The position numbers were made by a program, and so were the translations under genes. The notes under the pieces are model-generated. The model did not search any database. It worked only from the letters and a program-made list of their open reading frames with translations, and was not told the DNA's origin. A DNA stretch of 28,397 nucleotides from an uncultured Planctomycetales bacterium (GTDB lineage: Bacteria > Planctomycetota > Phycisphaerae > UBA1845 > Fen-1342), in NCBI GenBank assembly GCA_964428275.1, contig CAYRXN010000088.1, forward strand, positions 1 through 28,397, read 5' to 3'. Each line of letters starts with the position of its first letter. The stretch's first letter is position 1. Positions 7,311 to 13,927 of this stretch are shown in pieces.

Positions 7311-8474
7311 ATGGCCATACCTCCTGAACAACCCGATCACGACGTCTTGAACGCCCAACGCGGCAACCGCGTACTGCCGCTGTTTCTGCGCCTGCGGCTG
7401 CTGCTGGGCGGCCCACTCGGTGCAGCCCTGGTCCTGTGGGCCGTTGCACTCTTGGTGCTGCTGTTTCTGAGCCGTGTCAGCAGTTCTGGCTTCGCGGTCC
7501 TGTTTGGCTACGTGTTGGCAATCGGATTGGTGGTTGTGCTTTGGCGCCTGGGCACCCGCCGCCGCTACGGCAGGGAGCTTCGTTGCGCCTCGTGCGGATA
7601 CCTGCTGGCCCCGGCAGGAGTCGGCGAACGCTGCCCCGAATGCGGCGCCGCCTGGCTCCAGCCACACGGACGACGCGCAGGTCTGCCCGCCGGCTTTCCC
7701 TGGCTGCGCATACCGGCGGCGCTACTGGCAATCCTGGTCGCGCTGTCGCTCACGGGCTCAACCCGGACATTCCTGCGTCTCAGCACCCGAATCGCGTCAA
7801 CCGACGCCCTGATCCGCTGTGCGACCGCCAGTAACCACCGCTCCGCATGGTTTGCCTGGGCAGAGCTCCAGGACCGCCAGCTCACGTCCGGACAGCGCAG
7901 CCGCCTCATACGTGCGGTACTCGAAATGCCCCCCCAGTGGACGTCGACGGCGTTGAGCTGTTCCTGGCTCGGGAGTGCCGCCTCGCGCGGCCAGCTGTCC
8001 GCACAAGAGATAGACCGTGTTGTCGATGGAGTGCTGGAACTGCGTCTGAGCGCGCCTGCCGTAGTGGAAGCAGGCAAGTCCTTCGACGTTGCGGTCGAAG
8101 GCAGACTGCGCCTGCTGCTGCTGTTCCTGTACCCGGTCCACGTCGTCGGGTCGCGGATCGAGACCACCGGCCCCCTGGTCCTTCACGATTCGGAAGACTT
8201 GCCGAAGAGCGTCTTCGGCTTTGCCTTCAAGTCTCCCACCGGAGGTTTTACCGGTGCGGCGAAAGGGGAGCTCCGCTTTACCGGGCTGGCCACTGCCCCG
8301 GGCACCGCAACCGTTCACTACGTCGCGTGGATTGTTTCCTACACGCCGGGGCGGGACATCCAATGCCGTGCCGACGGAACCCCCATCCTGCCGCCGGGCA
8401 TCACGCGAATGAAGAGCATCGACCTGACCAGGACGATCACGATTCGCCCCGCCCCGGCTTCACAACCCCGGTGA
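7311..8474 (+). CDS. Hypothetical integral membrane protein with an internal zinc-ribbon (C-x2-C ... C-P-x-C) between TM helices and a ~250-aa C-terminal domain of unknown function
   Basis: Longest frame in 7.1-8.5 kb (ORF track 7149..8474; start placed at the first ATG, MAIPPEQ, codon 55 of that ORF). Hydrophobic helices LPLFLRLRLLLGGPLGAALVLWAVALLVLLFL and FAVLFGYVLAIGLVVVLW. Zinc ribbon CASCGYLLAPAGVGERCPECG. GC3 is visibly lower than in neighbouring genes. The start is uncertain (alternative ATG at ~7200, or the GTG at 7149). Confidence 0.55.
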   Translation: MAIPPEQPDHDVLNAQRGNRVLPLFLRLRLLLGGPLGAALVLWAVALLVLLFLSRVSSSGFAVLFGYVLAIGLVVVLWRLGTRRRYGRELRCASCGYLLAPAGVGERCPECGAAWLQPHGRRAGLPAGFPWLRIPAALLAILVALSLTGSTRTFLRLSTRIASTDALIRCATASNHRSAWFAWAELQDRQLTSGQRSRLIRAVLEMPPQWTSTALSCSWLGSAASRGQLSAQEIDRVVDGVLELRLSAPAVVEAGKSFDVAVEGRLRLLLLFLYPVHVVGSRIETTGPLVLHDSEDLPKSVFGFAFKSPTGGFTGAAKGELRFTGLATAPGTATVHYVAWIVSYTPGRDIQCRADGTPILPPGITRMKSIDLTRTITIRPAPASQPR

Positions 8475-8550
8475 CGCGGGCGCCGCCCGCCCGGTCATCG
8501 CCCCCGGCGCAGCAGCCGATCGGGCAGACGGCGTCCGCTCTGTTCTCGGG

Positions 8551-9906
8551 TCAGCGGGGATCGGCCGGGCCCGCCGCGTCCGCCAACGGAATCGTATCGC
8601 TGCCGTTGCCGGTCATGTTGCCGGCGATGTTCTGCGACAGCTTGCGCAGGTCGACGCCGAGCACCGACTCCACGGTGGCCAGCGTTTCGGAGAGCATCCT
8701 GGCCCGGCCCAGCGCGGCACCGGCCATGGCTTTGCCGTTGCCGCCGTCGATGACGGTGATGCTGCCGAGATCCACACCCTCGATCGTGGACGCCAACCGC
8801 TGGACGATGTTGGGCATCATCTCGACCAGCATGACCTTGAGCGCGTCCGGGTGCTTCTGGATCGACTGGCCGATCTGCTCGATCGCCGCGGCGCGGGCCT
8901 TGCCCTCTTCCAGCGTGCTGGCCGCGTCACCTTCGGCCTTGGCCTTGGCCACGTCGCGAGCCGCCAGGGCGCGGGCAACCTCGGTCGCCGTCAGCCGGGC
9001 CCGTTCGGCCTCGGCCTCGGCCTCCTGCTGGCTGGCTTCCTTGAGCGCGGCCTCGCGGGCGAGTTCGGCCTTGCGGATCCGCAGGTCGTTGTCCGCCTCG
9101 GCGATCGCCTTTTCGGCCGCCAGCCGGGCCTGCTCGGCCTGCTGGTGCGACTCGGCTTCGATCTGCTTGGCTTCGGCGTCGCGCGCGGCCTTGGCCTTGC
9201 GGGCGGCGGCGTTGGCCTCGGCCTCCTTGATGACGGCTTCGGCGGCGCGGGCCGCCTCGGCCTTGCGGGCCGCCGAGATGACCTCGGCCCGGGCCTTGCG
9301 CGCGATCGATTCGAGGTACTGCTCCTCGTCGTGAACGTTCTGGATGTTCACGCTGTCGATCACGAGACCGAGCTTGCGCAGGTCGTCGGAAACCTCGTCC
9401 ATGACGGTCTGCACGAACTTGTCGCGGTCCTCGACGATTTCTTCGGGGGTCATCTTGCCGATCACGGCCCGCAGGCCGCCTTCGAGCGTCTCGCGGGCGA
9501 CGCGCTGCATTTCGACGATCGGCTCACCGAGGAAACGCTCGATCGCGGCCCCGCGAATCGCGGGGTCGGAGGACACTTTCACGTTGGCCACCCCGGTCAC
9601 GGTGATCGGCATCATCGTGCCGCCGCCGGACTGGGCCTTGACCTCGAGCGCGACCTGCATGTTGCGCAGGCTGATGCGCATGACCTTGTTGATGACCGGG
9701 ATGACGACCTTGCGCCCGCCGATCAGCACGCGATAGCCGACGCCTTCGCGGCCGGTGCCGCCGGTGATGACGACCATTTCGTTCGGATTGCCAACCACGA
9801 CCAGCTTGGCGATCGTGATGACGATCGCAACCACGATGAACAGAACGACCCCGAAGAACACGATGACCGCCATCGGGACGTCCGCGGATGGTGCTGCCAG
9901 CATCAT
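8551..9906 (-). CDS. Flotillin-family SPFH/band-7 protein (FloT/YqiK-like) with an N-terminal TM helix and an EA-rich coiled-coil
   Basis: Frame of ORF 8551..10341(-). Start assigned to the ATGATG at 9906/9903, preceded by SD GGAGA (gagggagatacgaaATGATG). MMLAAPSADVPMAVIVFFGVVLFIVVAIVITIAKL is followed by an SPFH core and a long Ala/Glu/Lys-rich repeat region typical of flotillins. The start overlaps the stop of the upstream nfeD-like gene (ATGA), suggesting translational coupling. Confidence 0.9.
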   Translation of the reverse strand: MMLAAPSADVPMAVIVFFGVVLFIVVAIVITIAKLVVVGNPNEMVVITGGTGREGVGYRVLIGGRKVVIPVINKVMRISLRNMQVALEVKAQSGGGTMMPITVTGVANVKVSSDPAIRGAAIERFLGEPIVEMQRVARETLEGGLRAVIGKMTPEEIVEDRDKFVQTVMDEVSDDLRKLGLVIDSVNIQNVHDEEQYLESIARKARAEVISAARKAEAARAAEAVIKEAEANAAARKAKAARDAEAKQIEAESHQQAEQARLAAEKAIAEADNDLRIRKAELAREAALKEASQQEAEAEAERARLTATEVARALAARDVAKAKAEGDAASTLEEGKARAAAIEQIGQSIQKHPDALKVMLVEMMPNIVQRLASTIEGVDLGSITVIDGGNGKAMAGAALGRARMLSETLATVESVLGVDLRKLSQNIAGNMTGNGSDTIPLADAAGPADPR

Positions 9907-10667
9907 TTCGTATCTCCCTCTACTGAGTGCATCCGTTGCTCGAACTGCGCGCGCGAGACGACCCGGGCGACCCCCGCCCGATAGCCGACGACGACCACTT
10001 CCTCCCCCGCGGCGAAACTGGCCCGGGCATCGTCCGCGACCGCCGGCACATTCCGCCGGGTGCCGCGCACGTGCAGGGCCACTTCTCCCTTGCGGGGATG
10101 GTGGATCGCGATCGTGACGCGCGCCAGTTTGTTTACGTAATCGCGCGGACTGGGCGTGCTGTCGCCCGACGTGCGCCTGATCGTCCGGAACATCTGGTGC
10201 ACGGCCTGCCCCACGGCGACGCCGGCGACCAGCGCGACGACCAGCGTGGCGGTTCGCCCCACCGCCGTCAGGTGGGTCAGAATCACGCCGACGGCGCCAA
10301 AGACCGCCAGAAAGAACACGACGAACCGCATCGAGAACCACGTCGCCAGCGCCGCGGCCCCGCCGCCGGCGGCGTGCGAAGCGTGCGCGATGTCGGTGTC
10401 GATGTCCGTTCCGACGTCCACGTCGAAATCGGCCGCCCCGTCGATGTCGAAATCGGCATCCACGTCGAAATCGGCGTCGAGATCGAGATCGGCCATATGC
10501 ACGTCGGCGTCGAAATCGACGCCCGTGTGCGCATCGACGCCGGCATCCGCGTGGGAACCACCGATGATCGACACGAGCAGCAAGCCGCCGCCGACAATCA
10601 ACGCGCCCCAGTAGGCGATGTCGAGCGCCGCCGCATCCGCCAGAAGATGTGCCGCCATTTCGGTCAT
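9903..10667 (-). CDS. NfeD/YqiJ-like membrane protein (flotillin partner; C-terminal OB-fold-like) with an internal acidic DFDVDA-type repeat insert
   Basis: ORF 9903..10667(-), 254 aa. It is the conserved upstream partner position of flotillin operons (yuaF-floT / yqiJ-yqiK arrangement). TM segments are present, followed by a C-terminal soluble domain ...VTIAIHHPRKGEVALHVRGTRRNVPAVADD...GEEVVVVGYRAGVARV. SD GGAGA lies 6 nt upstream of ATG 10667. Confidence 0.8.
   Translation of the reverse strand: MTEMAAHLLADAAALDIAYWGALIVGGGLLLVSIIGGSHADAGVDAHTGVDFDADVHMADLDLDADFDVDADFDIDGAADFDVDVGTDIDTDIAHASHAAGGGAAALATWFSMRFVVFFLAVFGAVGVILTHLTAVGRTATLVVALVAGVAVGQAVHQMFRTIRRTSGDSTPSPRDYVNKLARVTIAIHHPRKGEVALHVRGTRRNVPAVADDARASFAAGEEVVVVGYRAGVARVVSRAQFEQRMHSVEGDTK
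10405..10520. repeat. Intragenic imperfect ~18-nt tandem repeats (gtcgaaatcggc core x4) encoding the acidic DFDxD repeats of the NfeD-like protein
   Basis: The gtcgaaatcggc core sits at 10422, 10446 and 10464, with gtcgaaatcgac at 10509. Protein: DFDADVHMADLDLDADFDVDADFDIDGAADFDVDVGTDIDTD. Confidence 0.7.
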
Positions 10668-10731
10668 CGGGTGTCTCCAGTCCGCAGACGCGCGGCCTTC
10701 AGGCCCGCGGCTCTTCGCCGGGCGTTGTTAC

Positions 10732-10802
10732 CTGCGTCCCTGCGTCCCTGTGTCCCTCGATCCCTGTTCCCTCGATCCTTCCGCGTGCATTCGGGACGCA
10801 GG
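10732..10802. repeat. 8-nt tandem repeat array of the CGTCCCT core (gcgtccct gcgtccct gtgtccct cgatccct gttccct cgatcctt) followed by an inverted copy gggacgcagg; 60-130 nt upstream of the nfeD start
   Basis: Direct reading. The same repeat unit occurs at 2648-2688. The downstream gggacgcagg (10793-10802) can pair with cctgcgtccc (10731-10740). Confidence 0.75.
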
Positions 10803-10865
10803 CAGGGTTCTGCTCTGTAATGAAGGGTAGCCGGGAAACAGCCCGCGCCCATTGCAAAACGGCGT

Positions 10866-10871
10866 GATTCT
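10866..10871 (-). promoter_or_regulatory. Candidate -10 element GAGAAT (motif ATGAGAATCAC) of the nfeD-flotillin operon
   Basis: RC of gtgattctcat (10863-10873), about 195 nt upstream of the nfeD ATG. It shares GAATCAC with the 7202 and 22323 sites. Confidence 0.3.
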
Positions 10872-10884
10872 CATAACCCCAGAT

Positions 10885-11160
10885 ATGCATGGCAGTTTCC
10901 GCCGACAGGACGGCCCCATTGTCAACCGCTGCCACGTCGGGGTCAATCATCACGGACCGGGCGGTGAGCGCAATGCCACGACGACAGTTGCCGCCATCGC
11001 CTGGGAGATCGCGCGCGGCGAGCATCCCGGGGCGGCGGCCGCCGTACTGGCGGCGCTGGTCCTGCTGGGAGTGGGAAGCGTGCTGAGCTGGAACAAGCGG
11101 ACCCTGCTGGAAGAGGCAAGGTCATCTGCGAACCACGACGGCTCCGCCGCGCGGCCGTGA
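10885..11160 (+). CDS. Hypothetical small protein (91 aa) with a C-terminal hydrophobic helix; doubtful
   Basis: ATG at 10885 within ORF track 10852..11160(+). GC3 is high as in real genes, but there is no convincing SD. It lies inside the 600-nt nfeD upstream region. Confidence 0.25.
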   Translation: MHGSFRRQDGPIVNRCHVGVNHHGPGGERNATTTVAAIAWEIARGEHPGAAAAVLAALVLLGVGSVLSWNKRTLLEEARSSANHDGSAARP

Positions 11161-11215
11161 CGACCCGGCCCACGCGCCGGTACGCGCCGATGCGCAACGC
11201 GGTCGGCGGACGGCC

Positions 11216-11246
11216 GCCCTCTCCCCCGATGCGTGGGGGAGAGGGC
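11216..11246 (-). terminator. GC-rich hairpin (12-bp perfect stem, 7-nt loop) 19 nt downstream of the SPFH gene stop; candidate U-tract-less intrinsic terminator
   Basis: gccctctccccc gatgcgt gggggagagggc read directly. No T-tract on either strand. Confidence 0.45.
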
Positions 11247-11264
11247 ACCGCCACCGCTGCCCCC

Positions 11265-12395
11265 TTACCCGCTCTCGGCGGGCTCGCGGATCAGCGAACG
11301 AACCTGCTGCGCGATGTCGCCGGAACCGAAGACGAACGTCGCCTTCATGCCGGCGAGCACCTCCTGGAGCAACTCCAGCTCCTTCATCCGCGCCAGCACC
11401 GGATTCTCCGCCAGGAGTTTCGCGGTGTTGGCCTGGCTGCGGGCCGCGGCGGTCTCCTCCCGCCGCTTGATCAGGTTCGCCTGGGCCCGCTTCTCGGCGG
11501 TGATGACCTGGTTGAGAATGGCCTTCATCTCGCCGGGCAGGATGATGTCGCGCAGACCCACGCTGCGCACCGTGACGCCGAACTCGGCCACCCGGCGCGC
11601 GATCGTGCCGCGAACCTCGCCGCTGACGGCCTCCTTGTCGCCGAGCAGGGCGTCGAGCGTGCGCGTACCGACCGCCGCCCGCAGCGCGAGCTGCGCCTCG
11701 CGGTAGAGCGCCTGGGTGGGGTCGCTGACGGTGGCCGCGGCCTTCTCGGCGTCGATCACCTGGAACGTCACCACCAGGTTCACGCGCAGCGTGACCTTGT
11801 CACGGGTCATGATCTCCTGGCCCGCCACGTCGACCATCTGCTCGCGCAGGTCCACCGACCGCCACACGATCCGGCCCGCGTTCTTCCAGAACACGTACCG
11901 GCCCTCGCGCAGCTTCTCGATCAGCCGGCCGTTGACGTACAGCAACACGACCTCGTGCGCGTCCACGTCGATGCCCTCGAAAAACGTGCGGGCGGCCGGG
12001 TGCGCCAGCACCGCATCGAGCCGCTTGTGCTCGAATCGCAGCGTCGCGACGTCGTACCGCTCGACCTCCAGTTTGTACGGCGTCTTCCAGAAGGCGTACC
12101 GGCCGGGGCCGAGCACCGCCAGCAAGCGGCCGTCTTTCCAGACCAGCGCACGTTCGTGGTCGGCCAGCTCGACGACCTCGAGCGCCTCACGCATGTCGGC
12201 GTGGCGGATCAGCACGTCGAGCAGGGCGTGATCGAAGCGCGTCTTGAGCGTGTCCACGACTTCGATCACCGACGCCCGGCGGCCCAGCAACCGCTCCCAG
12301 AGGCGATAGGTGCCCGGGCCGCGCAGTCCCTGGAAATCACCGTGGCGAAACGCCAGACCGCGCTCGTGCTGCTTGATGCGAACGGTGATGAACAT
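11265..12395 (-). CDS. SPFH/band-7 (stomatin/slipin-like) protein without an N-terminal TM helix, with a triplicated N-terminal beta-hairpin segment preceding the SPFH core
   Basis: Frame of ORF 11265..12716(-). Start placed at ATG 12395 (MFITVRIKQ), which has a strong SD (ccggAAAGGAGGtcgatcATG). SPFH core: TRDKVTLRVNLVVTFQVIDAEKAA ... C-terminal NPVLARMKELELLQEV. Three ~45-aa N-terminal repeats each carry a G(T/R)Y(R/A/V)(L/F)W motif: GPGTYRLWERLLG.., GPGRYAFWKTPYK.., REGRYVFWKNAGR... Confidence 0.85.
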   Translation of the reverse strand: MFITVRIKQHERGLAFRHGDFQGLRGPGTYRLWERLLGRRASVIEVVDTLKTRFDHALLDVLIRHADMREALEVVELADHERALVWKDGRLLAVLGPGRYAFWKTPYKLEVERYDVATLRFEHKRLDAVLAHPAARTFFEGIDVDAHEVVLLYVNGRLIEKLREGRYVFWKNAGRIVWRSVDLREQMVDVAGQEIMTRDKVTLRVNLVVTFQVIDAEKAAATVSDPTQALYREAQLALRAAVGTRTLDALLGDKEAVSGEVRGTIARRVAEFGVTVRSVGLRDIILPGEMKAILNQVITAEKRAQANLIKRREETAAARSQANTAKLLAENPVLARMKELELLQEVLAGMKATFVFGSGDIAQQVRSLIREPAESG

Positions 12396-12738
12396 GATCG
12401 ACCTCCTTTCCGGTCGCCCGTCAGAAAGCCCCCCGCGTGCGAGGGACGGAAACCTCTGTTGCGAATCGGGGTGCCGCACGTGCGGCCCGCCCCGCCGCAG
12501 CCGGAGGGGTGGCGCTTGAGGCACGCCGGGCCCGCCCCCACGACGCCCTTCCCGCCCCCCCTTGCACGGGCCGGAACGCCGTGGTGACGGTCTGCCGCGC
12601 CGGTATCCGCGCCGCCGCAGGTCCACTGCGCCGGTGTCGGTCGGCCCGCGGGGCGTCGTTCGGAGGCGACGAACGCCCGCAACGGGCCGCCGACCGGCAA
12701 GCCGCCGGCCAGTCACCCCGATTCACATGGTGCGAGGC

Positions 12739-12758
12739 GTTTCCGCCCAGGCGGAAAC
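12739..12758. other. Perfect 8-9-bp GC hairpin (gtttccgcc cag ggcggaaac) immediately 3' of the tRNA-like element on the minus strand
   Basis: Direct reading. No adjacent T-tract. Confidence 0.4.
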
Positions 12759-12793
12759 ACCCTCGTTGCGGACTGCACGTCACGCAACCCTCT

Positions 12794-12870
12794 TGGTGTC
12801 CAGGCGGGACTCGAACCCGCAACACACAGTGTCTCGCACTGTTGCATCTGCCCTTTGAGCTACTGGACGC
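12794..12870 (-). tRNA. tRNA-like element, degenerate: the T-arm and acceptor end are canonical, but the D-stem pairs poorly and the anticodon loop (GCGAGAC) lacks U33. Possible tRNA pseudogene, att-site remnant or unusual tRNA
   Basis: Minus-strand sequence GCGTCCAGTAGCTCAAAGGGCAGATGCAACAGTGCGAGACACTGTGTGTTGCGGGTTCGAGTCCCGCCTGGACACCA (77 nt). T-arm GCGGG-TTCGAGT-CCCGC, then CTGGAC-A-CCA. A hairpin ACAGT-GCGAGAC-ACTGT stands in the anticodon-arm position. TAGCTCA is a standard D-arm start, but no GAGC complement is found. Confidence 0.35.
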
Positions 12871-13194
12871 AACACCCGACGCACGTCTTGACTCCGTCGC
12901 GGAACACCCGCTGCAGACAACAAGTGTGCAGCGGCATGCCGGCGGCGTTCATCGAGTGATACGACTGTGTTCTCTCAGTGCCCGGTTCCCGAAACGGGAG
13001 TCGAGCACTGGTAACTTCATTCGTCCGCCCTGGTCTCCTGGTTGCCGGTTCCCGCCACTGCCCTGACTCCAGCCAGCGCGTGGGCCTGGCATTCACAATG
13101 GTGCCGCAGTGGGCGGCGGTCTCTGCGCCGGCCTACCGCCGGCGCGGGCGCGCAGTCCGGGTCCGGGCGGTGCGGATCGGTATCGCACGCAACC

Positions 13195-13229
13195 AAGAAA
13201 AAAGCCCCGAAGACGGCGGTCTCCGGGGC
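13195..13229 (-). terminator. Rho-independent terminator (minus strand): ~10-bp interrupted GC stem followed by UUUUUUCUU
   Basis: Plus strand aaccaagaaaaaa GCCCCG a AGAC GGCG GTCT c CGGGGC. On the minus strand the hairpin is followed by TTTTTTCTTGGTT. Confidence 0.7.
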
Positions 13230-13408
13230 AGACACGTTCTTTACGCAGAAAACGCAGCTACCCCGGCGGTTGCCCCCCGCCGCAAAGCCCATCGTCAGAC
13301 TGAGCGTACCGCTCGCCTGGAACCACTGGCACAATGCCAGGGCACCGGCGTATCTCAGTCGGCCGATCGAATTGTCTCATCGTTGCCCACATAGCCGTTC
13401 CAGTCTCA

Positions 13409-13489
13409 CCGCCCCGGCCACCCCGGCCACCCTGACCACCCCAGCTGCCCCGGCCACCCTGACCGCCCCGGCCGCCCCGGCCGCCCCGG
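13409..13489. repeat. 9-nt tandem repeat x9 (plus strand CCCCGGCCA-like; minus strand GGNGGCCGG/GGTGGTCAG), giving regularly spaced G3-4 tracts on the minus strand
   Basis: gccccggccaccccggccaccctgaccaccccagctgccccggccaccctgaccgccccggccgccccggccgccccgg read directly. Confidence 0.85.
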
Positions 13490-13518
13490 TGGGTGGCAGA
13501 TAACAAACGAAGGTAAGA

Positions 13519-13547
13519 ACTATACAACAGGTCCGAGAACAAGTCAA
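13519..13547 (-). promoter_or_regulatory. Near-consensus sigma70-type promoter on the minus strand: -35 TTGACT, 17-nt spacer, -10 TATAGT; lies in a ~120-nt AT-rich patch
   Basis: RC of 13519-13547 = TTGACTtgttctcggacctgttgTATAGT. The palindrome CAAGAGA-a-TCTCTTG (13545-13559) overlaps the -35 and its upstream flank. Confidence 0.5.
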
Positions 13548-13927
13548 GAGAATCTCTTGCATTTTCTTTGTAAGACACAAAGGCACTGTGGCACGAAGAC
13601 AACAGGGGTAGTGAAACAGTATGAAGAGCCGCGGTCTTTGACCCGCGCGGTACCCCACAACCTCGCCAGCTCGGTTCTGGCGGGTGGTGCCCACCCTGCC
13701 TGCAGCGGCGGCTTCCCTGCTCGTGGCCCCGGCCTGCAACCGGTGATCGACGTGGTCCCGAGCCGGGCCGCCGGCGTCGCCCTTGCAGGCCAGACGACCC
13801 CGAGGGCTCAGCCGCCGGCCGTCCCAGGGCTGCGATACGACCAGGGCACCCTGCCCCAGGAAGGCCCTTGTTCGCTTCGCGCGTTCCACTTACATCTCGC
13901 CCCCCCCGCGGACTTGAGCCACCGCCG

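Larger units (their letters stand above)
13195..13511 (-). ncRNA. Candidate ~320-nt small RNA (promoter-to-terminator unit) whose 5' third is a G-tract 9-nt tandem repeat with G-quadruplex potential; function unknown
   Basis: Bounded by the near-consensus sigma70 promoter at 13519-13547(-) and the intrinsic terminator at 13195-13229(-). It carries no convincing ORF: only ATG/TTG-start frames without SD, 44 aa maximum from an ATG. Confidence 0.3.

Noticed and set aside
12794-13194. Hypothesis that the tRNA-like 3' end belongs to a tmRNA (ssrA) extending ~350 nt upstream on the minus strand.
   Set aside because: The tRNA-like element is tRNA-sized, with its own 5' acceptor strand adjacent (GCGTCCAG). 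Upstream I found no 5' strand that could pair with the acceptor 3' strand from a distance. I also found no tag-peptide reading frame ending in ...AA-stop, and no tmRNA-like 5' GGGG...TTCGAC motif.
13409-13489. Possible CRISPR array or minisatellite with spacers. The same check was made for the 8-nt arrays at 2648 and 10732.
   Set aside because: Repeat units are 7-9 nt, contiguous, with no spacers and no cas genes. They are simple tandem repeats, not CRISPR.
13258-13602. ORFs translating the 9-nt repeat: a minus-strand 114-aa Gly/Arg-rich frame (GGRGGRGGQGGR...) and a plus-strand 153-aa frame with PAT/PAA repeats (13042..13503).
   Set aside because: Any frame across a 9-nt tandem repeat gives a tripeptide repeat. 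The minus ORF starts at a TTG inside the promoter, upstream of the predicted TSS. The plus ORF reads straight through the terminator hairpin. Neither has an SD. This is better explained as a non-coding repeat.
12396-13927. Searched the non-coding island for RNase P RNA (P4 GGAAAGTCCGG / ACAGAACCCGGCTTA) and SRP RNA (GGAAGCAGCCA) motifs on both strands.
   Set aside because: None of the conserved motifs is present.
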